This document shows positions 8,008 through 16,884 of a stretch of DNA of 36,237 nt, piece after piece. The stretch spans positions 23,299 through 59,535 of the forward strand of contig JALTLO010000084.1 of the NCBI GenBank assembly GCA_027001995.1. The letters are read 5' to 3'. Under the pieces are notes generated by a model. It was not told where the DNA came from, made no database searches, and saw only the letters and a program-made list of their open reading frames with translations. The stretch is from Planctomycetota bacterium. GTDB taxonomy: Bacteria; Planctomycetota; GCA-002687715; DRQF01. Each line of letters opens with the position of its first letter. The stretch's first letter is position 1. The translations under genes and the position numbers were made by a program.

Positions 8008-8511
8008 CTACGCAGAGATCCGCTCGTCTTCCAAGACTTCTGATGCGCCAGGAGAAAGGTGGCCCCTCTCCGCAAAGGAAAAGTATCCGCTGCTTCCCAG
8101 GATCAGATGATCCAAGACACGGATGCCAAGAAGTTCTCCGGCGGCGGCAAGCCGCTGTGTGACTTTCAGGTCCTCCGCTGATGGCGTAAGTTCACCACTG
8201 GGATGATTATGAATCACCACAATGGCTGCCGATCCCACAATCAGGCCCGGCCGAAACACTTCTCTTGGATGTACAAGACATCCCGACAAAGTGCCAATGG
8301 CAATCACCCGCCAAGCCAGAGGAACATTTTTGGCGTCAAGATAAATGGCGGCAAAATGCTCACGGTCAGCATTGGGATCAATGATCTTCTTGGCCAAGCG
8401 ATGGACAGATGCAGCACATGACATAGCTTCCGCCTTCTTCTTACGGCCATAAGAGATCTTCACCTCTCGGCAGTAAACTATGGACGGATCCTGGCTGTCG
8501 TTTTCAGACAT
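8008..8511 (-). CDS. radC: RadC family JAB-domain protein (short MGE type)
   Basis: DREHF, IGTL, VHPREVF, HNHPSG, PSAED, LDHLI motifs. Confidence 0.93.
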   Translation of the reverse strand: MSENDSQDPSIVYCREVKISYGRKKKAEAMSCAASVHRLAKKIIDPNADREHFAAIYLDAKNVPLAWRVIAIGTLSGCLVHPREVFRPGLIVGSAAIVVIHNHPSGELTPSAEDLKVTQRLAAAGELLGIRVLDHLILGSSGYFSFAERGHLSPGASEVLEDERISA

Positions 8512-8530
8512 GGTCTTTCTCCAATTGGTT

Positions 8531-9307
8531 TTAGTTGATGATTCCTGCGAATACGGACTCGGAACGAGTCACAGGCTGGGATGAATTGAGGCAACGGTTG
8601 CGGAATTCGCAACCGCCACAGGTCATGGGCGAGGCATTACGGGGAAAAGCGCCGGCCTGGATGGCCGTATCAACTTCGGCGATGGTATCGCGCAGTTGAT
8701 TGGTGCGGTTCTGATCACAAACAGTGACCAGTTCCTGCACCTTTGGCGCTTTGGTCTTGGTGAGGATGATGTAGCGGACTTGGGAAATGCCGCTGAGAAG
8801 AGAATAGGACGCAGCCTGAAGCGAGTACTCGGCTTGTGCTGGGCTCCACGCCCTGGCCGAAGTCTTGAGCTCAACCAACTCAACACTCTCCGCCGTATCA
8901 CGAACGAAGTCGACTCGCCCTTCCAAGGAAAGCTCATGGCTGATATTCGCCATATGCTCTCCTTCGATGAGAGTCACGTCTTGGATGCGGCCCCAGGCAC
9001 AATACGCTTCAATCATACGCTTGGCCGTGTCAATGGCCTCAGCCACATCACCGACGACAGGACAACCAGTGATCTCCACGCGGGCTTCAAGGAGTTCCCT
9101 GAAGACCGCATGCATCTCAGCTTCGTTTGGTTCACGACCATCCTGACGTTCAGACACGTCCCATTGCACAGCGTCGTGCATGGCGCTGCCCATGGGCAAA
9201 GCCAAGGACAGGTGCTCACGTTCGGCCCTGTCGACGTAACGAAAACGAAACAGGCGCGGACACCGCAGGTATGTTGAAACCTTGGAAAAGCTATAGCGCC
9301 GCCTCAT
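8531..9307 (-). CDS. PD-(D/E)XK nuclease of the RecB/AddB/Cas4-like type with a four-Cys Fe-S staple
   Basis: SFSKVSTYLRCP, GSAMH, GRVDFV, VELKTS, LQAASYS, CGGCEFRNRC. Confidence 0.9.
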   Translation of the reverse strand: MRRRYSFSKVSTYLRCPRLFRFRYVDRAEREHLSLALPMGSAMHDAVQWDVSERQDGREPNEAEMHAVFRELLEARVEITGCPVVGDVAEAIDTAKRMIEAYCAWGRIQDVTLIEGEHMANISHELSLEGRVDFVRDTAESVELVELKTSARAWSPAQAEYSLQAASYSLLSGISQVRYIILTKTKAPKVQELVTVCDQNRTNQLRDTIAEVDTAIQAGAFPRNASPMTCGGCEFRNRCLNSSQPVTRSESVFAGIIN

Positions 9308-9741
9308 CGGTTGTTACCGCCGTTGAAGCGATCGATGAGTGAAGATGCCTGAGACTTGGTGAGGTCGGTGAGTTTGTCGACACCAGCTTCGTCAAGAATC
9401 TGGGTTGGGCTGAGATTGGCGTTTCGGCGGGCCAATGACAGCAGGAAATCAATCTGGCGTGGGCTTGCAAGCTGCGGACGACGGCTTGTGCCATTGCCGT
9501 TTGAAGCATGATGGCCGTTTCCATTGGAACTGGCGTCGAGTTGCGGACGTGGGCCAGCGACCTGGTTTTCAACCTCGTCTCGAGCTTGCTGAAAGAGGCG
9601 TCGAACTGCGGCGCTGAATTCTTGTTGGTCAGTGAGAACGGGGTCTGGAAGTTCAATTTCGACGCCAAGATGGACAGCGTCTGAGCTGTAAGGCTCATCA
9701 CCGGGAACTTTCTTCGTAAATGAAGCGTTGATTTTGATCAT
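9304..9741 (-). CDS. Conserved MGE hypothetical protein, first gene of the leftward operon
   Basis: AAAGGAG RBS; N-terminal KKVPGDEPYSS domain, N/G-rich linker, C-terminal ASPRQIDFL...LTKSQASSLID helical module; ATGA coupling. Confidence 0.75.
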   Translation of the reverse strand: MIKINASFTKKVPGDEPYSSDAVHLGVEIELPDPVLTDQQEFSAAVRRLFQQARDEVENQVAGPRPQLDASSNGNGHHASNGNGTSRRPQLASPRQIDFLLSLARRNANLSPTQILDEAGVDKLTDLTKSQASSLIDRFNGGNNR

Positions 9742-9962
9742 GGGAGGACTCCTTTGTGTTTAGAAAAGCTATTCACCTTTCTCATGACACAATAAGACGC
9801 TGTTTTGAGCATGCACTCCAACAGAATCGCTTGGGCAACAACCTCGATTGACTCTTGGTTCAAACCACGGCGCCATGGTCTTGGTGTGCGGAACGTTCTC
9901 TTCAACGTCCCCAGGCCCTGCTACGCTCCGATTCAAGATTTCAAGATAGGCGGATCCCACAA

Positions 9963-10523
9963 ATGTCAAGCTACAATGTACGGCGCAAGGTCTTCATTTC
10001 ATTTCACCAAGAAGACCTCCATGAAGTCGATCAGTTCATTGATCGATGGGCGACCAAAGGACAAGTTTTCATCCCCAAAGTCCTTGGAGTTAGGAACAAC
10101 AATGAGTTGATTCAGAGCACAAATCCACAATACGTGATGAGCCAAATCCGGCAGAAGTACCTCGGTGACAGCACCGTGACAATCGTCTTGCTTGGAACAT
10201 GTACTCACAGTCGGCGGTATGTGGACTGGGAGCTCAAGACCTCGTTACGCCAGGGAGATTACACCCCTAACGGAGTCATTGGCGTCATCCTTCCAAGTGT
10301 CGGCAACCGCGTCAATTTGCCTCCCCGGCTAAAAGAGAATTGGGTGAGCGGTTCCCAGGCATGCTATGCTCGATACCATGCCGCGCCACAAAGTCATTAC
10401 GAGCTTCGAGACTGGATCGAAGATGCACACGCCGCCCGAACTCAAAGAGCCCACTCCATTCAGAACTCGGCGGACATGATGAAGAACAATTCCAAATGCA
10501 AAGTCTGTGGGGTTACCCACTAA
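9963..10523 (+). CDS. TIR-like domain protein (MTH538/DUF1863, Thoeris ThsB-like)
   Basis: RKVFISFHQED, DSTVTIVLLG, RRYVDWELKTS with the catalytic Glu, NGVIGVILP, LPPRL. Confidence 0.88.
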   Translation: MSSYNVRRKVFISFHQEDLHEVDQFIDRWATKGQVFIPKVLGVRNNNELIQSTNPQYVMSQIRQKYLGDSTVTIVLLGTCTHSRRYVDWELKTSLRQGDYTPNGVIGVILPSVGNRVNLPPRLKENWVSGSQACYARYHAAPQSHYELRDWIEDAHAARTQRAHSIQNSADMMKNNSKCKVCGVTH

Positions 10524-10535
10524 GAAAGGGCGAAA

Positions 10536-11009
10536 ATGAAACTCAAGAAGTGGTTGGAGAATTGGGATATGACTTCGCTCAAGATCAACCTCAAATTCTT
10601 GGAAATGGAATTCCAACCCAATGACGAGGACAAAGAAGCGGCATGGGAACTCTACATAGAGATGCTGACTCGGGTAGCTTCGCAAGGGCTCGACCCAGCA
10701 GAGGGTGATGAACGTACAGCACTTGAGAGCATCTTCTCTTTGTTTTCGATCACGCGAGAAATCGCACGCCGCAAAGGACGTCATTGTGCCGAGTTCACAA
10801 AGATAGCGATCGTAGTTTTGAATCAAGTCATTCGCCCATTCTCAGCCAAATGGCATTCTCTTGCAGTCAAAGGAGGACTGGAGGATTCAGAGACCAGCAT
10901 TCAGTTTCGATCAGAGCTCAAGAAACTCCAAGCATCGCTCCGCAAATACACTCAAATGCTGGCAAGCATGGCAGAGGTCGAAGATCTGACGAGCCTCGAA
11001 AGGGAGTAG
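10536..11009 (+). CDS. Conserved-looking all-helical hypothetical protein between two TIR genes
   Basis: AAWELYIEMLTR, SIFSLFSITRE, LNQVIRPFSAKWH; 12-bp and 4-bp gaps to its neighbours. Confidence 0.8.
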   Translation: MKLKKWLENWDMTSLKINLKFLEMEFQPNDEDKEAAWELYIEMLTRVASQGLDPAEGDERTALESIFSLFSITREIARRKGRHCAEFTKIAIVVLNQVIRPFSAKWHSLAVKGGLEDSETSIQFRSELKKLQASLRKYTQMLASMAEVEDLTSLERE

Positions 11010-11013
11010 TAGC

Positions 11014-11556
11014 ATGGCAGGCCAAAATCTGTTTAGGGCGCTCGAGCACAACAATCTGTCTACTAATCGCACTTGCGTATTTGTCTCACACCAGTCCCAT
11101 GACAAGAGAATGGCAAGAGAGATCGCAAGAACCCTGTTGGCGTTAGGGGTTGACATTTATTTTGACGAGTCCGATTTTACTCTCCAAGCGGCCAGCAAGA
11201 TTGGCAACGACAAAGCAATCGTCGAGTGCATCGACAAGGGCGTATCCCTTTGCACACATTTGCTTGGCGTCATTACGTTGAACACAAAACAGTCTTGGTG
11301 GGTGCCATATGAAATCGGCAGTGCCAGGGCACGCGGCATGGAGTGTGCGCATGTCATTCACAAGCACATCCAAGCGCTCCCATCCTTTATCAAAGTCGAA
11401 AAAGTGATCATCGACAGCTGGGATCTGTCAAAGTGGGTTGCGACAATTTCCGGGCGCTCTCACGAAATCCTCAAGGAATCCATCGCGACTCGATCACAGA
11501 CACTTTCGCCTTTCATACAGCCGATCCGGAACGAGAAAATTGCCTACCGCGACTAA
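11014..11556 (+). CDS. TIR domain protein (TIR_2-like)
   Basis: CVFVSHQSHDK, DIYFDESD, THLLGVIT, SWWVPYEIG with the catalytic Glu; GGGAG RBS. Confidence 0.88.
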   Translation: MAGQNLFRALEHNNLSTNRTCVFVSHQSHDKRMAREIARTLLALGVDIYFDESDFTLQAASKIGNDKAIVECIDKGVSLCTHLLGVITLNTKQSWWVPYEIGSARARGMECAHVIHKHIQALPSFIKVEKVIIDSWDLSKWVATISGRSHEILKESIATRSQTLSPFIQPIRNEKIAYRD

Positions 11557-11629
11557 CGAGCCAACCTAACCACGCAGAGACATGTGGTCGGCATTCCATT
11601 CCGGGCTCCCCTGCCACCTTGGCCACGGC

Positions 11630-11660
11630 TGGACAATATGTCCCCGTCGTGGCATATTCT
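11630..11660 (+). promoter_or_regulatory. Possible promoter with overlapping palindromic operator
   Basis: TGGACA (11630-11635), 17 bp, then CATATT preceded by TGG; palindrome GGACA-ATA-TGTCC at 11631-11643. Confidence 0.3.
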
Positions 11661-11703
11661 CAATCCCGCCGCAGGTTCGGATTATTTATTGGAGCTGACG
11701 GGT

Positions 11704-11892
11704 ATGGATCTTGCTTACTTAACGATTGACGATGTTGCTGGGTTACTTCAGGTATCGCCCAAAACCGTGAGGCGTATGGTCTGGCGAGGTGAAATCCCAG
11801 CATTCAAGGTCGGGAATCAATGGCGCTTTATCGGTGACCAGGTCCGACAATGGGCCGAATCACGGGTATCGACAGAGCACAGCCAGACCTGA
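11704..11892 (+). CDS. Excisionase-family (HTH_17) DNA-binding protein
   Basis: YLTIDDVAGLLQVSPKTVRRMVWRGEIPAFKVGNQWRF; GGAG RBS. Confidence 0.9.
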   Translation: MDLAYLTIDDVAGLLQVSPKTVRRMVWRGEIPAFKVGNQWRFIGDQVRQWAESRVSTEHSQT

Positions 11893-12106
11893 AAGAAGGT
11901 CGCGTCGCAATTTGGGGTTGCCGACGTGAGTCGCTGATTCAGCTAATGGGAGCTGGATAAGAGGAGGGGTTCGTTTGGGTATATGGAAACTCAAGTATGA
12001 GGGACCTGATGAGAGATTCCATCTTGTCTCATGGTCCGTAGCACCGGCCTTGGCCACAGCACAAAAAGTGTGTGAGCCACGTCCAAACTGGAATTGTCGC
12101 CAATCG

Positions 12107-12697
12107 ATGATCTACGCCGCCACAATCACGAATGCGACGCTTCGCGTTAGCGAAACACGAATCGTTGCAGATCTCTTACTAAAAGAGCTCACGAAATCAG
12201 AATGGCGCTCCGCCATCCTCGACGACAACGTCCTGCAACTCCGAAACCAAACCACAAGCCGCAATATCTCTGCCCTCCTCCGAGCACGCATCGAACCTTT
12301 GGGAAAAGACCTCTGGACGATGATTCGAGACGGTGACCGTGACCTCGCCACTCAAGCCACATTTGCAGGAGCCATCAAGCACAGCCGCCTTCTCGGTGAC
12401 TTCATGGATCTCACCATCCGCGAACAACGCACACTCTTCGCCAAGCACCTTTCAAAACAGCTCTGGGGTGAATACATCGAAGGATGTCGAGGTCGCGATC
12501 CAGAGATGCCTCATTGGAGTGAATCCACTGTGGCAAAGCTCCGCTCGACAGTCATCTCAATGCTCGTGGAAGCAGGATACCTCTCCGACACCCGTGCACT
12601 GACTTTTCAAAACGTCTTCGTGATCCCTGAGCTCAGAAGCTACTTGAAACAAAACGGAGAGCGCTATGTTCTTCGCTGTATGGAGGTCATGGAATGA
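12107..12697 (+). CDS. brxA: BREX protein BrxA (DUF1819)
   Basis: LRVSETRIVADLLL, DNVLQ, SRLLGDFM, WSESTVAKLR, LVEAGYL; first gene of the BREX order. Confidence 0.92.
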   Translation: MIYAATITNATLRVSETRIVADLLLKELTKSEWRSAILDDNVLQLRNQTTSRNISALLRARIEPLGKDLWTMIRDGDRDLATQATFAGAIKHSRLLGDFMDLTIREQRTLFAKHLSKQLWGEYIEGCRGRDPEMPHWSESTVAKLRSTVISMLVEAGYLSDTRALTFQNVFVIPELRSYLKQNGERYVLRCMEVME

Positions 12698-13305
12698 CAA
12701 AGACCTTGACCGAAAGACTGGATCAGATCATCCCCCGTATTACCGATGAGGGCTTTTTGTCCAGTGATGGCATCGGGAACGAGATTGCCTGCTACATCTT
12801 CGACTACGCAGCCGAAGACGAGCTCGAAGTGCGGGACTACGTTTCTTGGACCCTGAATCGACTGAAGAGCCACTTCAGCAACCTCAACGTCCTCCACATC
12901 AACCTCCTCGACGTTGTCGTGGACTACTTGAAGCACCGCAAGCTCTTCGACAAGACCATCGACATGCAAGCCAAGAAAGGCGACTCGGCCGTCCTCAGTG
13001 CCCTCAAAGGCCCACTGGCGGCAGAGAAGATCCGAGACTTCATTGCTCAGACCCACGACTTGCAAAAGAACGACCTCATTCTGATTTCAGGCGTGGGCAG
13101 TGCATGGCCCATGCTGCGAGCCCATGGGCTTCTCAACTGCCTTCATACCGTGACTGGCCAAGTGCCTCTGGTCATGTTCTATCCGGGCGATTTTGATGGC
13201 ACTACGCTGAGGCTCTTCGGCCAAGTAGCCACAGACACCTCCAGCCCAGGTGCCAAACCCTATTACCGCGCATTCACCTTGGTCCCGAGAGAGGAACAGC
13301 CGTGA
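12694..13305 (+). CDS. brxB: BREX protein BrxB (DUF1788)
   Basis: GIGNEIACYIFDY, GVGSAWPMLRAH, VMFYPG, YYRAF. Confidence 0.95.
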   Translation: MTKTLTERLDQIIPRITDEGFLSSDGIGNEIACYIFDYAAEDELEVRDYVSWTLNRLKSHFSNLNVLHINLLDVVVDYLKHRKLFDKTIDMQAKKGDSAVLSALKGPLAAEKIRDFIAQTHDLQKNDLILISGVGSAWPMLRAHGLLNCLHTVTGQVPLVMFYPGDFDGTTLRLFGQVATDTSSPGAKPYYRAFTLVPREEQP

Positions 13306-16300
13306 AAATCCAAGAACTATTCGCCCGTGACATTCATCGTTCCATTAACGGCGTGGTCAAGGCTGACCAACTCGATGAATCATCCGTATGGCAAGAACTT
13401 GATGAGTTCGTCGTCACTCAAGAACTCTCAGGCCATCTCAGTGAACTCGTTGCCGTCTTGATTGACGCCTTGGATAACCCAGCCAATGCCGCCAATATCA
13501 ACGGCATCTGGGTTTCTGGCTTCTTCGGTTGCGGTAAGTCCCACTTCATCAAGGTGCTGTCGTACTTGCTCGAAAACGCCGAACACTCCTACGATGGCAA
13601 AAGTAAGAAAGCAGTCGATTTCTTTGCGAACAAGCTGGGCGACGCCGTACTCTTCGCCGACCTGAAAAAGATCGTTTCAAAGCCAACCAGCACGATTCTC
13701 TTTAACATCGACAGCAAAGCGGACCACCAAGCAGGCCGTGATGCCCTACTTCAAGTCTTCCTCAAGGTCCTTAACGAAAAGCAAGGATTCAGCGGCGACC
13801 ATCCCCACATCGCTCACATGGAACGGCACCTCGAGGAAAAGGGTTTGCTGGCCACATTCCACACAGCTTTTGAAAGAGAAGCCCGGAGCCCATGGGTTGA
13901 AGAACGGGATGCTTGGGACTTCCACCGAGACCAAGTCATTATCGCCCTGGCCGAGGCATTGGACCAAAGCTCAGAATCAGCCGAAAAATGGGTCGACAAT
14001 GGCGAAAGCAACTTCAGCCTAACCATTGAGAACTTCGCCAAATGGGCCAAAGCCTATCTCGACCGCCAGGAAGAAGGTCACCGCCTTATGTTCTTGGTCG
14101 ACGAAGTCGGCCAATTCATCGGCAATGACACTCACCTGATGCTTAACCTACAAACCATCACCGAAAAGCTCGGCACAGTTTGCGATGGAAGAGCGTGGGT
14201 AGCCGTCACGTCCCAAGAAGACCTTGATGCAGTCCTTGGCGACCTCAACGAAGTCAAGCAGGAAGACTACTCAAAGATTCAAGGCCGCTTCATTACCCGC
14301 CTCTCTCTTTCAAGTCGAAACGTCGACGAAGTCATCAAACGCCGCCTTCTCGCAAAACAAGATGGCGCCCTCCCCGAGCTCGCCCAGGCCTACGATGGCA
14401 AACACGACATCCTCCGCAATCAACTCTCGTTTGTGAACTCAGGCATGACGTTCGAGAAATTCAACGATGAAGACGACTTCGCAGCCTGCTACCCTTTTGC
14501 CGCTTATCAATTCAACTTGGTGCAAAAGGTCTTTGAGTCAATCCGCAAAGCTGGGGCCACTGGCCTTCACCTCTCTCAGGGCGAACGCTCGACTCTCGAC
14601 GCATTCCAAGGTGCCGCCAAGGCCATCTCTGACTTAAGCATCGGCGCACTCGTCCCCTTCTACCGTTTCTACCCTGCCGTCCAAGGCTTCTTGGACACCG
14701 TAGTCAAACGAACCATCGACCGTGCCAAAGACAATCATGCTCTTGAAGACTTTGACGCAACGATCCTACAAGTACTCTTCCTCATTCGCTACATCGATGA
14801 ACTCCCTGGCAACATCGACAACCTGGTAACCCTGTGCATCGACGAAATCGATGCTGACCGCTTAGCCCTAAGAAAGAAAATCGCGTCATCCTTAGAACGT
14901 CTTGAAGGCGAAACTCTCATTGCTCGCAACGGCGAGCTCTACTTCTTCCTCACCAATGAAGAACGCGACATCGGCCGCGAGATCAAGAAAGTGGAAATCC
15001 CGTCCGGTTCAGAAGAACGAAAGCTCGGTGAACTCCTCTTCCAAGATCTCTTGGGGGACGTAAGAAAGCACACGTTCAGTGTCACTGGCCGCGACTTCAG
15101 TTACACGCGCCTTTGCGACGACCACCCCATCGGTAGCCGCCTTGAAGGAGGCCTTGAAGTCGCATTCGTGAGCCCGTTAGGTGACCGCCACCAAGAATTC
15201 GGCGCTGAAGCCGCCTGCGTGCTCCATACCTCAGAATCTCAAGGCCGTGTCCTGATCCGCCTACCGGATCACCCAACCTTGGCAAGAGAATTGCGCACCT
15301 ACCTTCAAACCGATTCCTACGTCACAACAAAGAACACCGGTTCACTTCCTGAAACAACCAAGAACATCCTTCGCGCCCCCAGTGAAGACAATCGCGAGCG
15401 CCGCAAACGCATCGTCACCACTCTTGGCGACATGCTTACCGACTCAAGCTTCTACGCCAGCGGCGAAAAACTCGACGTCGGCAGAGCTGATCCAAAAATC
15501 TGCCTCAGCAAGGCCCTCGAGTATCTCATTCAAAACGCCTATCCCAAGATGGGATACATTGATCATCTCCACGAAAATCCCAAACAAGAAATCCAAAGCA
15601 CTCTTCGAGCCAACAACATCGAACAAACGATGATTGATGGCGCAGAGAAGAACATCAAGGCTCTGGATGAACTACGCGACTACCTTCGTCTATGCACCCA
15701 AGCGAGCAAAAAAGTTGTCCTTCATGAAATGCTTGAAAAGCGTTTTGGTCAACGCCCCTTTGGCTGGCCCGAACTTGAGACAGTCCTCCTGGTGTCTCGA
15801 CTTGCCGTTCTGCGCGAAGTCCACCTTGTGGTCGACAGCAGGCCACTGTCATTTGAAAAAGCCTATGACTATCTGACCGCCACCAGTAAACAGCGCAAGG
15901 TCGTCATTTCACTTCGCGAAACAGTAAAGCCAGAGCTCATCAAGAAGGCTCAGAACCTCGGCAAAGAGCTATTTGGCCAACAAGGGCCATCCGCAGAAGA
16001 CACCTTGTTCGAGTTCCTGAAGAGTCACTTAGACTCTTGGAATAAGCAACTCGGCAGCTATGAGCCCTTGGCGAAGACCGGAAGATACCCTGGCCTCAAA
16101 GAAATCCAAGTCTGCCAATCTTCCTTACGAAAACTGGTGGAGGAGGACGACAGTTTGCGGTTTCTCAAACGCTTCGCCGAAGGCGCAGAAGAACTCAAAG
16201 AAGTCGCAGAGGACATTCAGGATCTCAATGGTTTCTACACCAACCAGAAACACAGTTGGGAGAAGCTGAGGATCGCGGTTGAAGAGCTCAATCAAAACCG

Positions 16301-16874
16301 CCTTCAGCTTGAGGCACACGAAACTGCTGGGCCAGCCCTCAAAGAGATGGAAGAGATCTTGGGTTCTGCTCGCCCCTACAATCTCTTGCACAAAGTAGCC
16401 GAACTGACCCAGACTGCACGAAGCGCCAACAACCAACTCATATCTAATGCTCGCGGTCCTGCCGTGGTAGCCATCCAGAAGCTAATCGACAGCGTTGAGA
16501 AAGACCTCGCCAAAGTCTCTGCCGACGATGCACTCAAGCGTATGGCAACAGCCGAGCTGAAATCGCACCTAAACACAGCCACAACCGTTAACAGCATCGC
16601 ACACATTGCCCAGGCTCTGCAAGCTTCCGATGCTGCCAGAAACCGTGCTGTCAAAGCCATAGAAGAATTCGCGAACAAACCGGCGCCTAATCCAACAGGT
16701 CCGGTCGTGCCCGAGCCGAAGCCAAAGATCAAGCGAAGAATCCTCATCGATGCCAAGTTGTATTGGCAGAACGACTACATCGAGACAACCGCCGAGATGG
16801 AGTCATTCTTGAGTTCGCTCCGTAACTCGATCCAATCAGCAATCGATGACGGCAAACGGATCCAGATAAAGTGA
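13302..16874 (+). CDS. brxC: BREX P-loop ATPase BrxC
   Basis: RSINGVVKADQ, Walker A WVSGFFGCGKSH, LVDEVGQFI, VTSQE, SKIQGRF, PFGWP; 1190 aa. Confidence 0.96.
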   Translation: MKIQELFARDIHRSINGVVKADQLDESSVWQELDEFVVTQELSGHLSELVAVLIDALDNPANAANINGIWVSGFFGCGKSHFIKVLSYLLENAEHSYDGKSKKAVDFFANKLGDAVLFADLKKIVSKPTSTILFNIDSKADHQAGRDALLQVFLKVLNEKQGFSGDHPHIAHMERHLEEKGLLATFHTAFEREARSPWVEERDAWDFHRDQVIIALAEALDQSSESAEKWVDNGESNFSLTIENFAKWAKAYLDRQEEGHRLMFLVDEVGQFIGNDTHLMLNLQTITEKLGTVCDGRAWVAVTSQEDLDAVLGDLNEVKQEDYSKIQGRFITRLSLSSRNVDEVIKRRLLAKQDGALPELAQAYDGKHDILRNQLSFVNSGMTFEKFNDEDDFAACYPFAAYQFNLVQKVFESIRKAGATGLHLSQGERSTLDAFQGAAKAISDLSIGALVPFYRFYPAVQGFLDTVVKRTIDRAKDNHALEDFDATILQVLFLIRYIDELPGNIDNLVTLCIDEIDADRLALRKKIASSLERLEGETLIARNGELYFFLTNEERDIGREIKKVEIPSGSEERKLGELLFQDLLGDVRKHTFSVTGRDFSYTRLCDDHPIGSRLEGGLEVAFVSPLGDRHQEFGAEAACVLHTSESQGRVLIRLPDHPTLARELRTYLQTDSYVTTKNTGSLPETTKNILRAPSEDNRERRKRIVTTLGDMLTDSSFYASGEKLDVGRADPKICLSKALEYLIQNAYPKMGYIDHLHENPKQEIQSTLRANNIEQTMIDGAEKNIKALDELRDYLRLCTQASKKVVLHEMLEKRFGQRPFGWPELETVLLVSRLAVLREVHLVVDSRPLSFEKAYDYLTATSKQRKVVISLRETVKPELIKKAQNLGKELFGQQGPSAEDTLFEFLKSHLDSWNKQLGSYEPLAKTGRYPGLKEIQVCQSSLRKLVEEDDSLRFLKRFAEGAEELKEVAEDIQDLNGFYTNQKHSWEKLRIAVEELNQNRLQLEAHETAGPALKEMEEILGSARPYNLLHKVAELTQTARSANNQLISNARGPAVVAIQKLIDSVEKDLAKVSADDALKRMATAELKSHLNTATTVNSIAHIAQALQASDAARNRAVKAIEEFANKPAPNPTGPVVPEPKPKIKRRILIDAKLYWQNDYIETTAEMESFLSSLRNSIQSAIDDGKRIQIK

Positions 16875-16884
16875 GACAGCCTCA

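Noticed and set aside
8531..9307. cas4 of a CRISPR system
   Set aside because: No other cas genes or array; solo Fe-S PD-(D/E)XK nucleases are common in mobile elements.
9855..9962. Upstream TTG extensions in the ORF track (also 11975 for brxA, 27642 and 29412)
   Set aside because: Family homology and RBS positions begin at the downstream ATG/GTG starts used here.
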